Origin: a candidate division WOR-3 bacterium
GTDB lineage: Bacteria > Hydrothermota > Tepidihabitantia > SM23-42 > JAOAFX01
Assembly: GCA_039802265.1 (NCBI GenBank)
Contig: JBDRWI010000063.1
Location: 1 to 12,377 of the forward strand
Direction: 5' to 3'
DNA length: 12,377 bases
Below the pieces are notes generated by a model. It was given only the letters and a program-made list of their open reading frames with translations. It was not told the origin of the DNA and ran no database searches. Position 1 is the first letter of the stretch. The number at the start of each line of letters is the position of its first letter. Positions 1 to 7,882 of this stretch are shown here, one piece after another. Both the position numbers and the translations under genes were made by a program.

Positions 1-1763
1 CGCGGACCCTGAACCTTAACCGTATCATAAATGTATATCCACTTGGAATCAGGCGCATACCATAACGAATCCTTCACAAAAACCGAATCAAAATAATCCT
101 TCACATAATTGTAATCAAACGAAGTCACCGCATAATAATAACCAAAACCATTACGCACATCCGTATCCACATAACTATGCACCAAACCCACATCCGTCGC
201 CGTAAGCGCAATTGAATCCGGAGCATTCGGATCCTTAAAGGTTATCCCATTAGATAAATCAAACGAGGCAAGCAGACTCCAGGTCCCAGTCTTGCCCGTC
301 GGACTCTTCCAGACCCGATAACCTTCAAAATCGTATTTCTTATAGTAGGGATCATAGTTCGGCGAAGAAGGATTGCTCACCACATCATAGTATGGGTCAG
401 GCGTAGTCTCCGAAGAATTGTCCCAGACCAGCGTAATCTTTGCATCACCCGGGACACAGGTCAATTTCGGCGGCGGTGGCGGACCAGGAAGTAACCAGTT
501 CATATCATAAATGTACTGGACGGTTTTATCAAGTTTTGCGAGTGCAGTATCAGGCCTTTCTACAATTCCCCTGGGCCAGTAAGTCAACATTATACCAACA
601 AGCACAATTGCCACTGAATCTGCCTCAAGGTCAAATGGTCCACTGCATTGTAAGAACCTCTGGTCATCAGGTTGAGGAGGCAAAGTATCATAAGGCGTAT
701 ATTCGCCAGTCTTGAAGTTATAACCGGCGAGTGTCACATATCTTTCATTATCTTTATTAGGCTCAAGGTTCAATGTGAATCTCTTGAATGCAGTCATCCC
801 CATCTGTGGAATCTCTGACGGGTCACGCCAATCCGGCGTTCCATCTGCATCTACATCCCATTGTGCTGGTGGAACATTCTGGGCATAATATGCACTATCT
901 CTTTCATACTGATCAGGAATCCCATCGTTGTCTTTATCCTGACCTTCTTTTAAATCCCAAGGGCTCTGCAGATAATCAAATCCGATTGCACCTACATCAT
1001 CCCAACCAGTTTCATCCGCAACCTGCCATTGATAACCAAGATTATCTACAATGAGTGTTTCACCAGCAACGACAAATGTATCACACACAATACCAGAGAT
1101 TATATCATTCGCATTCGTTCCGGATTCATTGCCGATATCATTATCGGTACAGACACCGAAATAACAATTACTCAATTTCTTGCCACTAATATTCTTCAGT
1201 TCGTATCGCACAAAGATTATATCCCTTGTTGTGCTGAGGTTCCAGGCATAGACTGTTTGATATACTTCCAGACCGATTGGTCTTGTATCACCGGGCATAT
1301 GATTATTTATATCAAGGTCATTATAGGCACACCAGGAATCCTGATGGGATTTTGGAACTTGCGGTGCCATAGGAAATATATCGGCTGGAGGTGGCCAGGG
1401 AGATGGATACATAAATATTATCGCATTAGGGTCTCCGGATGACATATCTTTCAATCCAGGCGTATATTCAGCCTCTCCACCGTGTGGACCATAACCAATG
1501 GTAACAAGTGTATCAGTGCCATCTATCGTGCCAAACCATGAACCGGCACCAAAGATATAAGTGTGTCCACTACCTTTGGGCCAGAATAAACCAGAATTAC
1601 CGGCCTTGGTTTGACCAAATTTACCATAATTGGAGATACACATCTCCACATTATTTATGTCATGCTTTTTTATTTCGAATGGACGGTATTGTGGTGCAGG
1701 GGTTGCAGTCCTGCAAAAACCTATTACCGCAATAAGCAGGGTTAATGCTAATATCCTTTTCAT
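1..1763 (-). CDS. Large secreted TBDR-associated protein with DxDxDG Ca-binding motifs and an FN3-like domain; 3'-truncated by the window edge (>=587 aa)
   Basis: Not in the ORF track; translated by hand. ATG at 1763 preceded by CAGGAGG and open with no stop to base 1. N-terminal signal peptide MKRILALTLLIAVIGFC, then HDINNVEMCISNYGKFG...FWPKGSGHTYIFGAG, PIGLEVYQTVYAW, DKDNDGIPD, DVDADGTPD, SGPFDL, and PPPPPKLTCVPGDAKITLVWD...YDFEGYRVWKS...HSYVDTDVRNGFGYYYAVTSFD (FN3-like). Starts 12 nt after the TBDR stop. Confidence 0.9.
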   Translation of the reverse strand, partial: MKRILALTLLIAVIGFCRTATPAPQYRPFEIKKHDINNVEMCISNYGKFGQTKAGNSGLFWPKGSGHTYIFGAGSWFGTIDGTDTLVTIGYGPHGGEAEYTPGLKDMSSGDPNAIIFMYPSPWPPPADIFPMAPQVPKSHQDSWCAYNDLDINNHMPGDTRPIGLEVYQTVYAWNLSTTRDIIFVRYELKNISGKKLSNCYFGVCTDNDIGNESGTNANDIISGIVCDTFVVAGETLIVDNLGYQWQVADETGWDDVGAIGFDYLQSPWDLKEGQDKDNDGIPDQYERDSAYYAQNVPPAQWDVDADGTPDWRDPSEIPQMGMTAFKRFTLNLEPNKDNERYVTLAGYNFKTGEYTPYDTLPPQPDDQRFLQCSGPFDLEADSVAIVLVGIMLTYWPRGIVERPDTALAKLDKTVQYIYDMNWLLPGPPPPPKLTCVPGDAKITLVWDNSSETTPDPYYDVVSNPSSPNYDPYYKKYDFEGYRVWKSPTGKTGTWSLLASFDLSNGITFKDPNAPDSIALTATDVGLVHSYVDTDVRNGFGYYYAVTSFDYNYVKDYFDSVFVKDSLWYAPDSKWIYIYDTVKVQGP

Positions 1764-1775
1764 CTTGGCCTCCTG

Positions 1776-4544
1776 TTAAAATCCTAAACTTACACCGAGT
1801 TGAACCCTGAATGGACCATTGTAATAAGTCGGGTCGCGATAGTAATCGTTGCGTGCTGCAATATATGCCTTCTTTTGCTCAGGCGGAGTAACTATTCCAT
1901 CGTGATTATAATCTGTCTGTGGCGAATAGCGGGTCGATGCAATAGTGATATAACCGAATTGTGTAATTGTTGGTTCTGGGTCACCATGATTATCAGGCTC
2001 ACCAGTCGTGGGATAAACATTATTCACTTGTTTTGTATTAAATAAGTTTCTTACCAAAGCGCTGATATTAAGTTTTACCGGTCCAATCTTTATCGGCCTG
2101 CTCGCATTCAGATCAACATTCCAGTATCCCGGCATTCTTGCCGAATTCTCATCACCAGTTTTATTACCCTTAAGGTCCTGTGGAGTATATGGCTGTCCTG
2201 AATGGAATGAGAATACAAGGGAAGAGCTGAAACCTTGCAATGGGATGAAAACGAAATCTTCGGGTAGAGAAAGGTCAAAATTTGCATTGACAATATTTCT
2301 TTCATCAAAGTCAAGCCAGTAATCAATCACCGGTGGCTGAAGTGGTAAGCCAGTGATCGGGTCATTTCCACCATAATAGAAATCATAATAGAATTCACCT
2401 GCATAAGAAGCAGTTCCCTTGGCAAATTGAAGGGTATAACTCAAACCCATTGCCCACATATTTGACATTGTCTTCTGGAGGCTTATTTCAAACCCTTTGA
2501 TATTTCCATAGTCAACATTAAAGAACTGGAAATAAGGCATTGGCAATGCAATCACCTGACGAATCTGGGAAAGGTCATAGACATCCTTGAAATAGGCAGT
2601 GAACCCCATTACAACATCCTGGGTAAACTGGTTCTCAATACCAACTTCATACTGGACTGTCTTCTGCGGTTTCAAAAATATATTTCCCACAATGGTATTT
2701 CCACGAGTGAGTGCAATCCTAATAACCGCGGTATCAGTCGTCCCGTACATATCATCAAGTGCTGGTAACTGGAAATAATGACCATAATTGAAACGGAATT
2801 TCATCCTTTCAGTTACCGGGAGTGAGAAACCGAGTCTCGGTGAAAACTTATAATTCTTTTCAGCCTCAACAAGTGTATCATTCCTTGGATTATTGGGCTC
2901 TTTATAAGTAACACTCTTGGGGTCAAAATAGTCAAATCTCAAACCAACCCTTGCGATGAGTCCTTCAAAATCCATTTTATCCTGGACATAAGCGGCTAAT
3001 TTATAAGGAGTCCGCTCATAATAATCCCAGAATGGGTTGGTAACCCAGGGGAGGTTGTTGTCGTAGTATTTTAGATTATACTGGATATAATCAATTCCGG
3101 TCTTAAATTCATGGATTTTGCCAACCGCATGGGAAATATCAAAACGTGCCTGGATATCGTCATTTTGCCAGTATCTCCATACACGATAATCCCCATAGGT
3201 ATAATACAGACCTTCAATGCCGTAGGGGTTATATCTCAATGCCTGAACATCGCGATTGGTATATTCGGTATGGTATTGCATTACACTATCAACTATCACA
3301 TCCTTTGGTGGTAATTGGTCTTTAGTAAGATACTCAATCACATGTTCTGCCTTCATACGATAATCATTGAACCATTTTTGATTATTCTCTTCTTCCCACT
3401 CATAATCCCTTGTTCCATAGACACGGTCATAATGTGTCAAGCCAGCTTTTAATGAGAGAAGTGTCTGGGCACTGAACATATAATTTAGCGTTGTTGAAAG
3501 AATGTAATTCTTCGTCCGGCTCATTGGTCTTCTCTGGAAATATTTCAAACTTCCAGAAGACCAGGTCACATACTGATCCCGAGAATTGAATCCGCTGAGA
3601 GTAACCTTTCCTTTATTGTTAGGCATTCCATAGGAAAATCTTGCCTGGGCACGATAGGTATTTCTCGGTGACGGAACTTTATACAACGCTTCCCTATAGG
3701 CATCGGTTAAAGTCAACTCACCTGATAAAAAGTATCTCAATCTTTGAACCGCAGGTACAGGTCCACCAAGTGATAAATCATAGAAGTTATAACCGAAATT
3801 CAATTTATCTTTAAGATTATCTACAAAGAAGACCTCATCAGTAAGATAGCGGAAACTGCCTGAAGGCTTTGTCCCACCTTCTTTCGTAACAATGTTGATA
3901 ACACCGCTGAGTGCATCTCCATATTCTGCATCAAAACCACCGCTGACAACCGTAACTTCTTCTACCGCTGAGGCGTTTATCTGGGTTGATTGGGCACCGG
4001 TATGAGGAACCCTTGTCTGTATACCATCAACATAATATGTGACTTCGTCAGTTCTACCGCCACGAATATGAGTTCCCAGATTGGATGTTGAAACACCAGC
4101 CTGCAGTGTAACCACCTGATTGATTGTAGTAACAGGTAAACGAGATATATCCTTGGAAGTAACTGAATGACCACTCTGGGTCTGTGAAACTACAATCGGT
4201 GGTCTTTCAGCAACAACCGTAACTTTTTCAACCTCAATAACCGTCGGTTTCAAACGGAAATTCAATGTCGTGGTCTGGTCAGCATTGACAATCACCTGAG
4301 CATATGTAAATGGGTCATAACCAAGATAAGATGCGGTAACGCTGTATGTTCCTGCTGGCACATACAGAATTACAAATTCACCCTTTTCATCAGTAGCAGC
4401 ACCAAGTTCTGTTCCTTCAACAATGACATCAGCACCGATCAATGCTTCGCCGGTCTCAGCGTCTCTTACCCTGCCGGTGATCTTGCCGTATTCGGCACCG
4501 AACAACAATGCACCGACAAGGATTAACGCCCAAAGTTTCTTCAT
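1776..4544 (-). CDS. TonB-dependent outer membrane receptor (N-terminal carboxypeptidase-regulatory-like domain, plug, beta-barrel)
   Basis: Signal peptide; GKITGRVRDAETGEALIGADVIVEGT...GAATDEKGEF (CarboxypepD_reg-like); plug motifs HIRGGR...YYVDG and VVSGGFDAEYGDALSGVINIVTKEG; barrel motifs GLRFDYF, SPRLG, LKPQKTVQYEVG, RNLFN; C-terminal Phe (VSLGF). RBS GGAGGTG. Confidence 0.95.
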   Translation of the reverse strand: MKKLWALILVGALLFGAEYGKITGRVRDAETGEALIGADVIVEGTELGAATDEKGEFVILYVPAGTYSVTASYLGYDPFTYAQVIVNADQTTTLNFRLKPTVIEVEKVTVVAERPPIVVSQTQSGHSVTSKDISRLPVTTINQVVTLQAGVSTSNLGTHIRGGRTDEVTYYVDGIQTRVPHTGAQSTQINASAVEEVTVVSGGFDAEYGDALSGVINIVTKEGGTKPSGSFRYLTDEVFFVDNLKDKLNFGYNFYDLSLGGPVPAVQRLRYFLSGELTLTDAYREALYKVPSPRNTYRAQARFSYGMPNNKGKVTLSGFNSRDQYVTWSSGSLKYFQRRPMSRTKNYILSTTLNYMFSAQTLLSLKAGLTHYDRVYGTRDYEWEEENNQKWFNDYRMKAEHVIEYLTKDQLPPKDVIVDSVMQYHTEYTNRDVQALRYNPYGIEGLYYTYGDYRVWRYWQNDDIQARFDISHAVGKIHEFKTGIDYIQYNLKYYDNNLPWVTNPFWDYYERTPYKLAAYVQDKMDFEGLIARVGLRFDYFDPKSVTYKEPNNPRNDTLVEAEKNYKFSPRLGFSLPVTERMKFRFNYGHYFQLPALDDMYGTTDTAVIRIALTRGNTIVGNIFLKPQKTVQYEVGIENQFTQDVVMGFTAYFKDVYDLSQIRQVIALPMPYFQFFNVDYGNIKGFEISLQKTMSNMWAMGLSYTLQFAKGTASYAGEFYYDFYYGGNDPITGLPLQPPVIDYWLDFDERNIVNANFDLSLPEDFVFIPLQGFSSSLVFSFHSGQPYTPQDLKGNKTGDENSARMPGYWNVDLNASRPIKIGPVKLNISALVRNLFNTKQVNNVYPTTGEPDNHGDPEPTITQFGYITIASTRYSPQTDYNHDGIVTPPEQKKAYIAARNDYYRDPTYYNGPFRVQLGVSLGF

Positions 4545-4555
4545 CGTACACCTCC

Positions 4556-5590
4556 TTACTTAACCCTTACGGGTATGAGCCAGAATCTTGCTAACAGTGG
4601 GCTGGCAGGTTTCACATAATAAAAACCATCGTTAACAATTACCTCAAAAATAAGATTCTTTACTCCGGAACCCGTAATTTGAATTTTTCCTGAACCGCTT
4701 GGAAGATGAACTTTCTTGCCATCCTGAACCGCAAAGAAACTGCAGAGATCACTTGTAATTGTGCCGCCGAGTACAATGGTTATTGTTAATGAATCTCCAT
4801 TATCATATTCCAAGAGTGAATCAATATGGCAAAAACGATTCATTGCATGATGTTGATAAATTGTATCAACATTAGACGCCCAGATTGTATCAATCCGTCC
4901 GGTATTCATAGAAGAAACTATTACCTGACTGATATAAGGAATGCTTGCACCACGATTGGGCAAACCATAATTACCATAGGATATTCTTTTTAACTTCCAT
5001 TCTCTCGGTTCTTTCACCTTCCAGACGGAATCGCCTAATTCTTCATTCCATACCTTCTCTTTTACTGGCTCAACGTATAGATGGCGCAATCCTTCAACAG
5101 TTATTGTATCGTAAGAATAATAACCACCACCAGTCTCAACTATTACTGTATCAAGTTTCTTAACTGTGTCACCCTGCCAGAAATAATAACCTTTGTATAA
5201 TAGGTCATAATGGACCTCCCGTATTACATTAAATGTATCATAAAGATACGCAGTACAGGTTGTATCTTTCGTGTACCAGAGGTCCTTAAAACGGGAACTT
5301 GAAGCAACATTATCACGTAGACTATCAACATGCTGCTTTACAATAACTGATTCACCTTTGAAATAAGAATCAGAGACTGGGAAAGAGACTGGATCAAGAG
5401 TAACAGGAATGTAAGTATTTACGAAAATATCGTCAGTCTTAAGGAACTCAGGATAACCATTAAGCAATGTGTTAATAAGTGAATCATCTTCGGGTGTCCC
5501 ATTGTAAAATTCCTCTGGTGGTTCATTTCCACAACTTATAAATATCAATCCAACGATTGCCAATAGGCTTAGCCAATTCAACCTTTTCAT
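4556..5590 (-). CDS. Putative lipoprotein of unknown function, beta-rich, first gene of the TBDR unit
   Basis: MKRLNWLSLLAIVGLIFISC|G has the n-region, h-region and lipobox-like FISC with Cys20. RBS AAAGGAGG. Ends 11 nt before the TBDR start. Confidence 0.85.
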   Translation of the reverse strand: MKRLNWLSLLAIVGLIFISCGNEPPEEFYNGTPEDDSLINTLLNGYPEFLKTDDIFVNTYIPVTLDPVSFPVSDSYFKGESVIVKQHVDSLRDNVASSSRFKDLWYTKDTTCTAYLYDTFNVIREVHYDLLYKGYYFWQGDTVKKLDTVIVETGGGYYSYDTITVEGLRHLYVEPVKEKVWNEELGDSVWKVKEPREWKLKRISYGNYGLPNRGASIPYISQVIVSSMNTGRIDTIWASNVDTIYQHHAMNRFCHIDSLLEYDNGDSLTITIVLGGTITSDLCSFFAVQDGKKVHLPSGSGKIQITGSGVKNLIFEVIVNDGFYYVKPASPLLARFWLIPVRVK

Positions 5591-5679
5591 TTATTCCTCC
5601 TTTGTTTATATATATAAATTATTAGAGCGTGGTATTTGTTTTTTATTATCACCCCCTTTCAATTCTTCATATTATTAAT

Positions 5680-5707
5680 ATTATATTCAGAATATTAAAA
5701 TTGTCAA
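5680..5707 (-). promoter_or_regulatory. Sigma70-type promoter for lipoprotein-TBDR-secreted protein unit
   Basis: Minus strand TTGACA (5707-5702), 16-nt spacer, TATAAT (5685-5680); both hexamers are exact consensus. Confidence 0.75.
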
Positions 5708-5709
5708 GC

Positions 5710-6318
5710 TTACTGCAATTTAAAATCAAACGGTATGTTAACTCTAACTCGCACAAACATATCCCTTTGTTTTGCCGGGGTAAATTTCGCCCTTCTTGCA
5801 GCAGCAATTGCTGCCTCATCAAGCATCGGATTACCACTTGATTTAAATATCTTTGCTTCCATCACACTGCCATCTGTATCTACAATCGCCTCAACAATCG
5901 CTTTTCCTTCAATTCCTGCCTTTCGCGCAAGTTCAGGATAATCAGGTTTTGGAATTGAAATTGGTTTGGGTTTCACTTCTACTTTTGCATAAGGAATGAC
6001 TTCTATCTCCGGACCTGTAGGTTGGGTTCTGATTATATCTTCCCTGAATTCGGTTGCAGCAATTGTTTCCACTGCCTCTTCGGCAACTTCTGTTGCCGCT
6101 GCAGCAACTGCGACCTTGGGTCTTTCCACCGGTGGTGGTTCTTCATATTTTTCTATCTCCGCAGAAATCTGCTCCACCATTGTTACAATTTCCTTCCTCA
6201 ATTTGTATGGTTCAACCTCTGCGTATGGAACAAAAAGAAATAATAGTATCAAAATGATTATCCCAAGCAACATTCCAGTCCGGAAATAAACCCCATACAT
6301 TAATTTATGGTCGCGCAT
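5710..6318 (-). CDS. tonB: Energy transducer TonB
   Basis: One N-terminal TM helix, Pro/Glu/Ala-rich linker (EEPPPVERPK), TonB C-terminal domain PDYPELARKAGIEGKAIVEAIVDTDGSV...SSGNPMLDEAAIAAARRAKFTPA. Start moved from the track's TTG at 6330 to ATG at 6318 because GGAGG lies just upstream of that ATG. Confidence 0.92.
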   Translation of the reverse strand: MRDHKLMYGVYFRTGMLLGIIILILLFLFVPYAEVEPYKLRKEIVTMVEQISAEIEKYEEPPPVERPKVAVAAAATEVAEEAVETIAATEFREDIIRTQPTGPEIEVIPYAKVEVKPKPISIPKPDYPELARKAGIEGKAIVEAIVDTDGSVMEAKIFKSSGNPMLDEAAIAAARRAKFTPAKQRDMFVRVRVNIPFDFKLQ

Positions 6319-6319
6319 T

Positions 6320-6736
6320 TTAACCTCCAAATTCCGTGGCGAATGTAATCTTAAATGCCCTTGCCTCTTTCAACTGATCAAGAACCACATCAACTGTCCC
6401 ATAATCAATATCTTCATGAATATTCAGAATAGTCACGAGTTCTGAATTTTCCGCTATCTTGGGTGCAATCCTCGTACTCACCCTTTCCTTGGGAACCAGG
6501 CTGTCATCAATGAATACCCGGCCATTATTATCAATAAAAATATGGGTAATATTCCTACGGATTAATATCCGCTCCGTTGATTTTGCCTTGGGTAGAGTAA
6601 GTTTTAAATTAAGGGTTGTAGCACGGAAGACTGTAGTAACCATAAAGAAGAGAATCAAAAGAAATGCAACATCAGCAGTTGAAGCAGTAGGAATCTCTGG
6701 GGTTCTTGTAAATCTTCTAATTATACTCTTACGCAT
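6320..6736 (-). CDS. exbD: Biopolymer transporter ExbD/TolR family protein
   Basis: EIPTASTADVAFLLILFFMVTTVF with the conserved TM Asp; LPKA; C-terminal YGTVDVVLDQLKEA. Confidence 0.92.
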   Translation of the reverse strand: MRKSIIRRFTRTPEIPTASTADVAFLLILFFMVTTVFRATTLNLKLTLPKAKSTERILIRRNITHIFIDNNGRVFIDDSLVPKERVSTRIAPKIAENSELVTILNIHEDIDYGTVDVVLDQLKEARAFKITFATEFGG

Positions 6737-7200
6737 TATTCCTCACTCGTTGGGATTAAACTAATTTTGTTTGCCCTCAATTCCCTGCCATCCTGAGTGA
6801 CAACCCGGCATAATTTTATCTGGTCAAGAACCGCAATCATTGCCTGATACCTTGCATCCTTGCTTGTCTTCAGTGAAACAACCAACAGTGTATCCCTTTC
6901 TAACAATTTCTCTTCCACAATTCTCCGCACTTCTGAATAATTTTGTGGTAAAATGTCTAAACCATCGTACCCCGAAGCCTTGAGTCTGAGTGCACCCTCA
7001 GGATTTATCAGAATTGAAACAACATTCTCAGGTTTTACCTTCGTCTCCTGCTGTGATTTTTCGGGAAGAAGCATCTTTATTCCCTTTTCTCTTGTAAAGA
7101 CTGTGGTAGTCATAAAGAATATAATTATCAAAAAGGCAATGTCACCCATTGAGGCAGTAGGAATATTGGGAATGATTTTTTTCTTCTGCCTTAACTCCAT
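6736..7200 (-). CDS. exbD: Biopolymer transporter ExbD/TolR family protein (second paralogue)
   Basis: NIPTASMGDIAFLIIIFFMTTTVF with the conserved TM Asp; DARYQAMIAVLDQIK; TAATG overlap with the next exbD. Confidence 0.92.
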   Translation of the reverse strand: MELRQKKKIIPNIPTASMGDIAFLIIIFFMTTTVFTREKGIKMLLPEKSQQETKVKPENVVSILINPEGALRLKASGYDGLDILPQNYSEVRRIVEEKLLERDTLLVVSLKTSKDARYQAMIAVLDQIKLCRVVTQDGRELRANKISLIPTSEE

Positions 7201-7824
7201 CTATTTTTTCCTTTTCTGATAATGCTCAAGTAAATAATCAATCAAACCTGCAGCAACTTCCTCCATATCTTTTGTATAGCCATCAACCTTGCCTGAGAAT
7301 AAAATATGGAGAATTGCCAGGGGTGTTGCTATCAAAAGACCCCATTTTGTCGTAATCAATGCCTCAGAGATACCACTGGCAACGATTGTCGGTTCAACTT
7401 CTCCCGCAGCAGCAATCGCTGCAAATGCACGGATCATTCCGGTGACCGTTCCCAAGAATCCCAAAAATGGTGCAACAGTTGTCAAACCGGCAAGGAGCGC
7501 CATTCCCCGGTCAAGGAATCCAAGTTCAACTGCTGCTGCCCGCGCCGCAACCTCTTCCATTGCATCCTTACCTTTATCTGCCTTTTCAAGAATTGCCTTT
7601 GCAATTTTTGCTGCAGGTGATGATGTCTGATCACATAAAGCAATTCCTGCATCAACACCCTGGGCATCAATGGTAGAAATGAGTTTTTCCATAAAACTCT
7701 TTGGATTTAATCTTATCTTAAACAACAAAGAAAATAACCTTTCAATAATAATCGCCAAACCCAGGATGATGCAGATCAACAAAAGCCACATCACGCTTCC
7801 ACCTATTGCAAATTCTTTAACCAT
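7201..7824 (-). CDS. exbB: MotA/TolQ/ExbB proton-channel family protein
   Basis: GGSVMWLL, IIIERL, APFLGFLGTVTGMIRAF, GISEALITT; directly upstream of two exbD genes and tonB; RBS AAAGGAGG. Confidence 0.93.
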   Translation of the reverse strand: MVKEFAIGGSVMWLLLICIILGLAIIIERLFSLLFKIRLNPKSFMEKLISTIDAQGVDAGIALCDQTSSPAAKIAKAILEKADKGKDAMEEVAARAAAVELGFLDRGMALLAGLTTVAPFLGFLGTVTGMIRAFAAIAAAGEVEPTIVASGISEALITTKWGLLIATPLAILHILFSGKVDGYTKDMEEVAAGLIDYLLEHYQKRKK

Positions 7825-7851
7825 ATAATTAGCCTCCTTTCTATACCTTAC

Positions 7852-7879
7852 ATTATAATGAAAATGTCACTAATGTCAA
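7852..7879 (-). promoter_or_regulatory. Sigma70-type promoter for exbB-exbD-exbD-tonB
   Basis: Minus strand TTGACA (7879-7874), 16-nt spacer, TATAAT (7857-7852); exact consensus hexamers. Confidence 0.78.
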
Positions 7880-7882
7880 GAG

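Noticed and set aside
1..242. Diversity-generating retroelement variable region as the cause of the codon bias
   Set aside because: No reverse transcriptase or template repeat in the window, and the bias is at third codon positions rather than at the first two positions of AAY codons.
440..1735. Plus-strand ORFs 440..715, 788..1054, 1029..1442 and 1508..1735
   Set aside because: They are antisense to the continuous minus-strand gene 1763 to <1, which has an RBS, signal peptide and recognisable motifs; their translations show no domain character.
4556..5590. SusD/RagB family assignment for the lipoprotein
   Set aside because: It lies upstream of the TBDR, is only 344 aa and looks beta-rich with no TPR-like helical SusD motifs.
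6319..6330. TTG start for tonB at 6330 (MEVK extension)
   Set aside because: Those bases are the GGAGG RBS and the end of exbD; ATG at 6318 is correctly spaced from the RBS.
5710..7824. Tol-Pal system (tolQ-tolR-tolA)
   Set aside because: No tolB or pal follows, there are two ExbD-type genes, the C-domain is TonB-like and a TBDR is adjacent.
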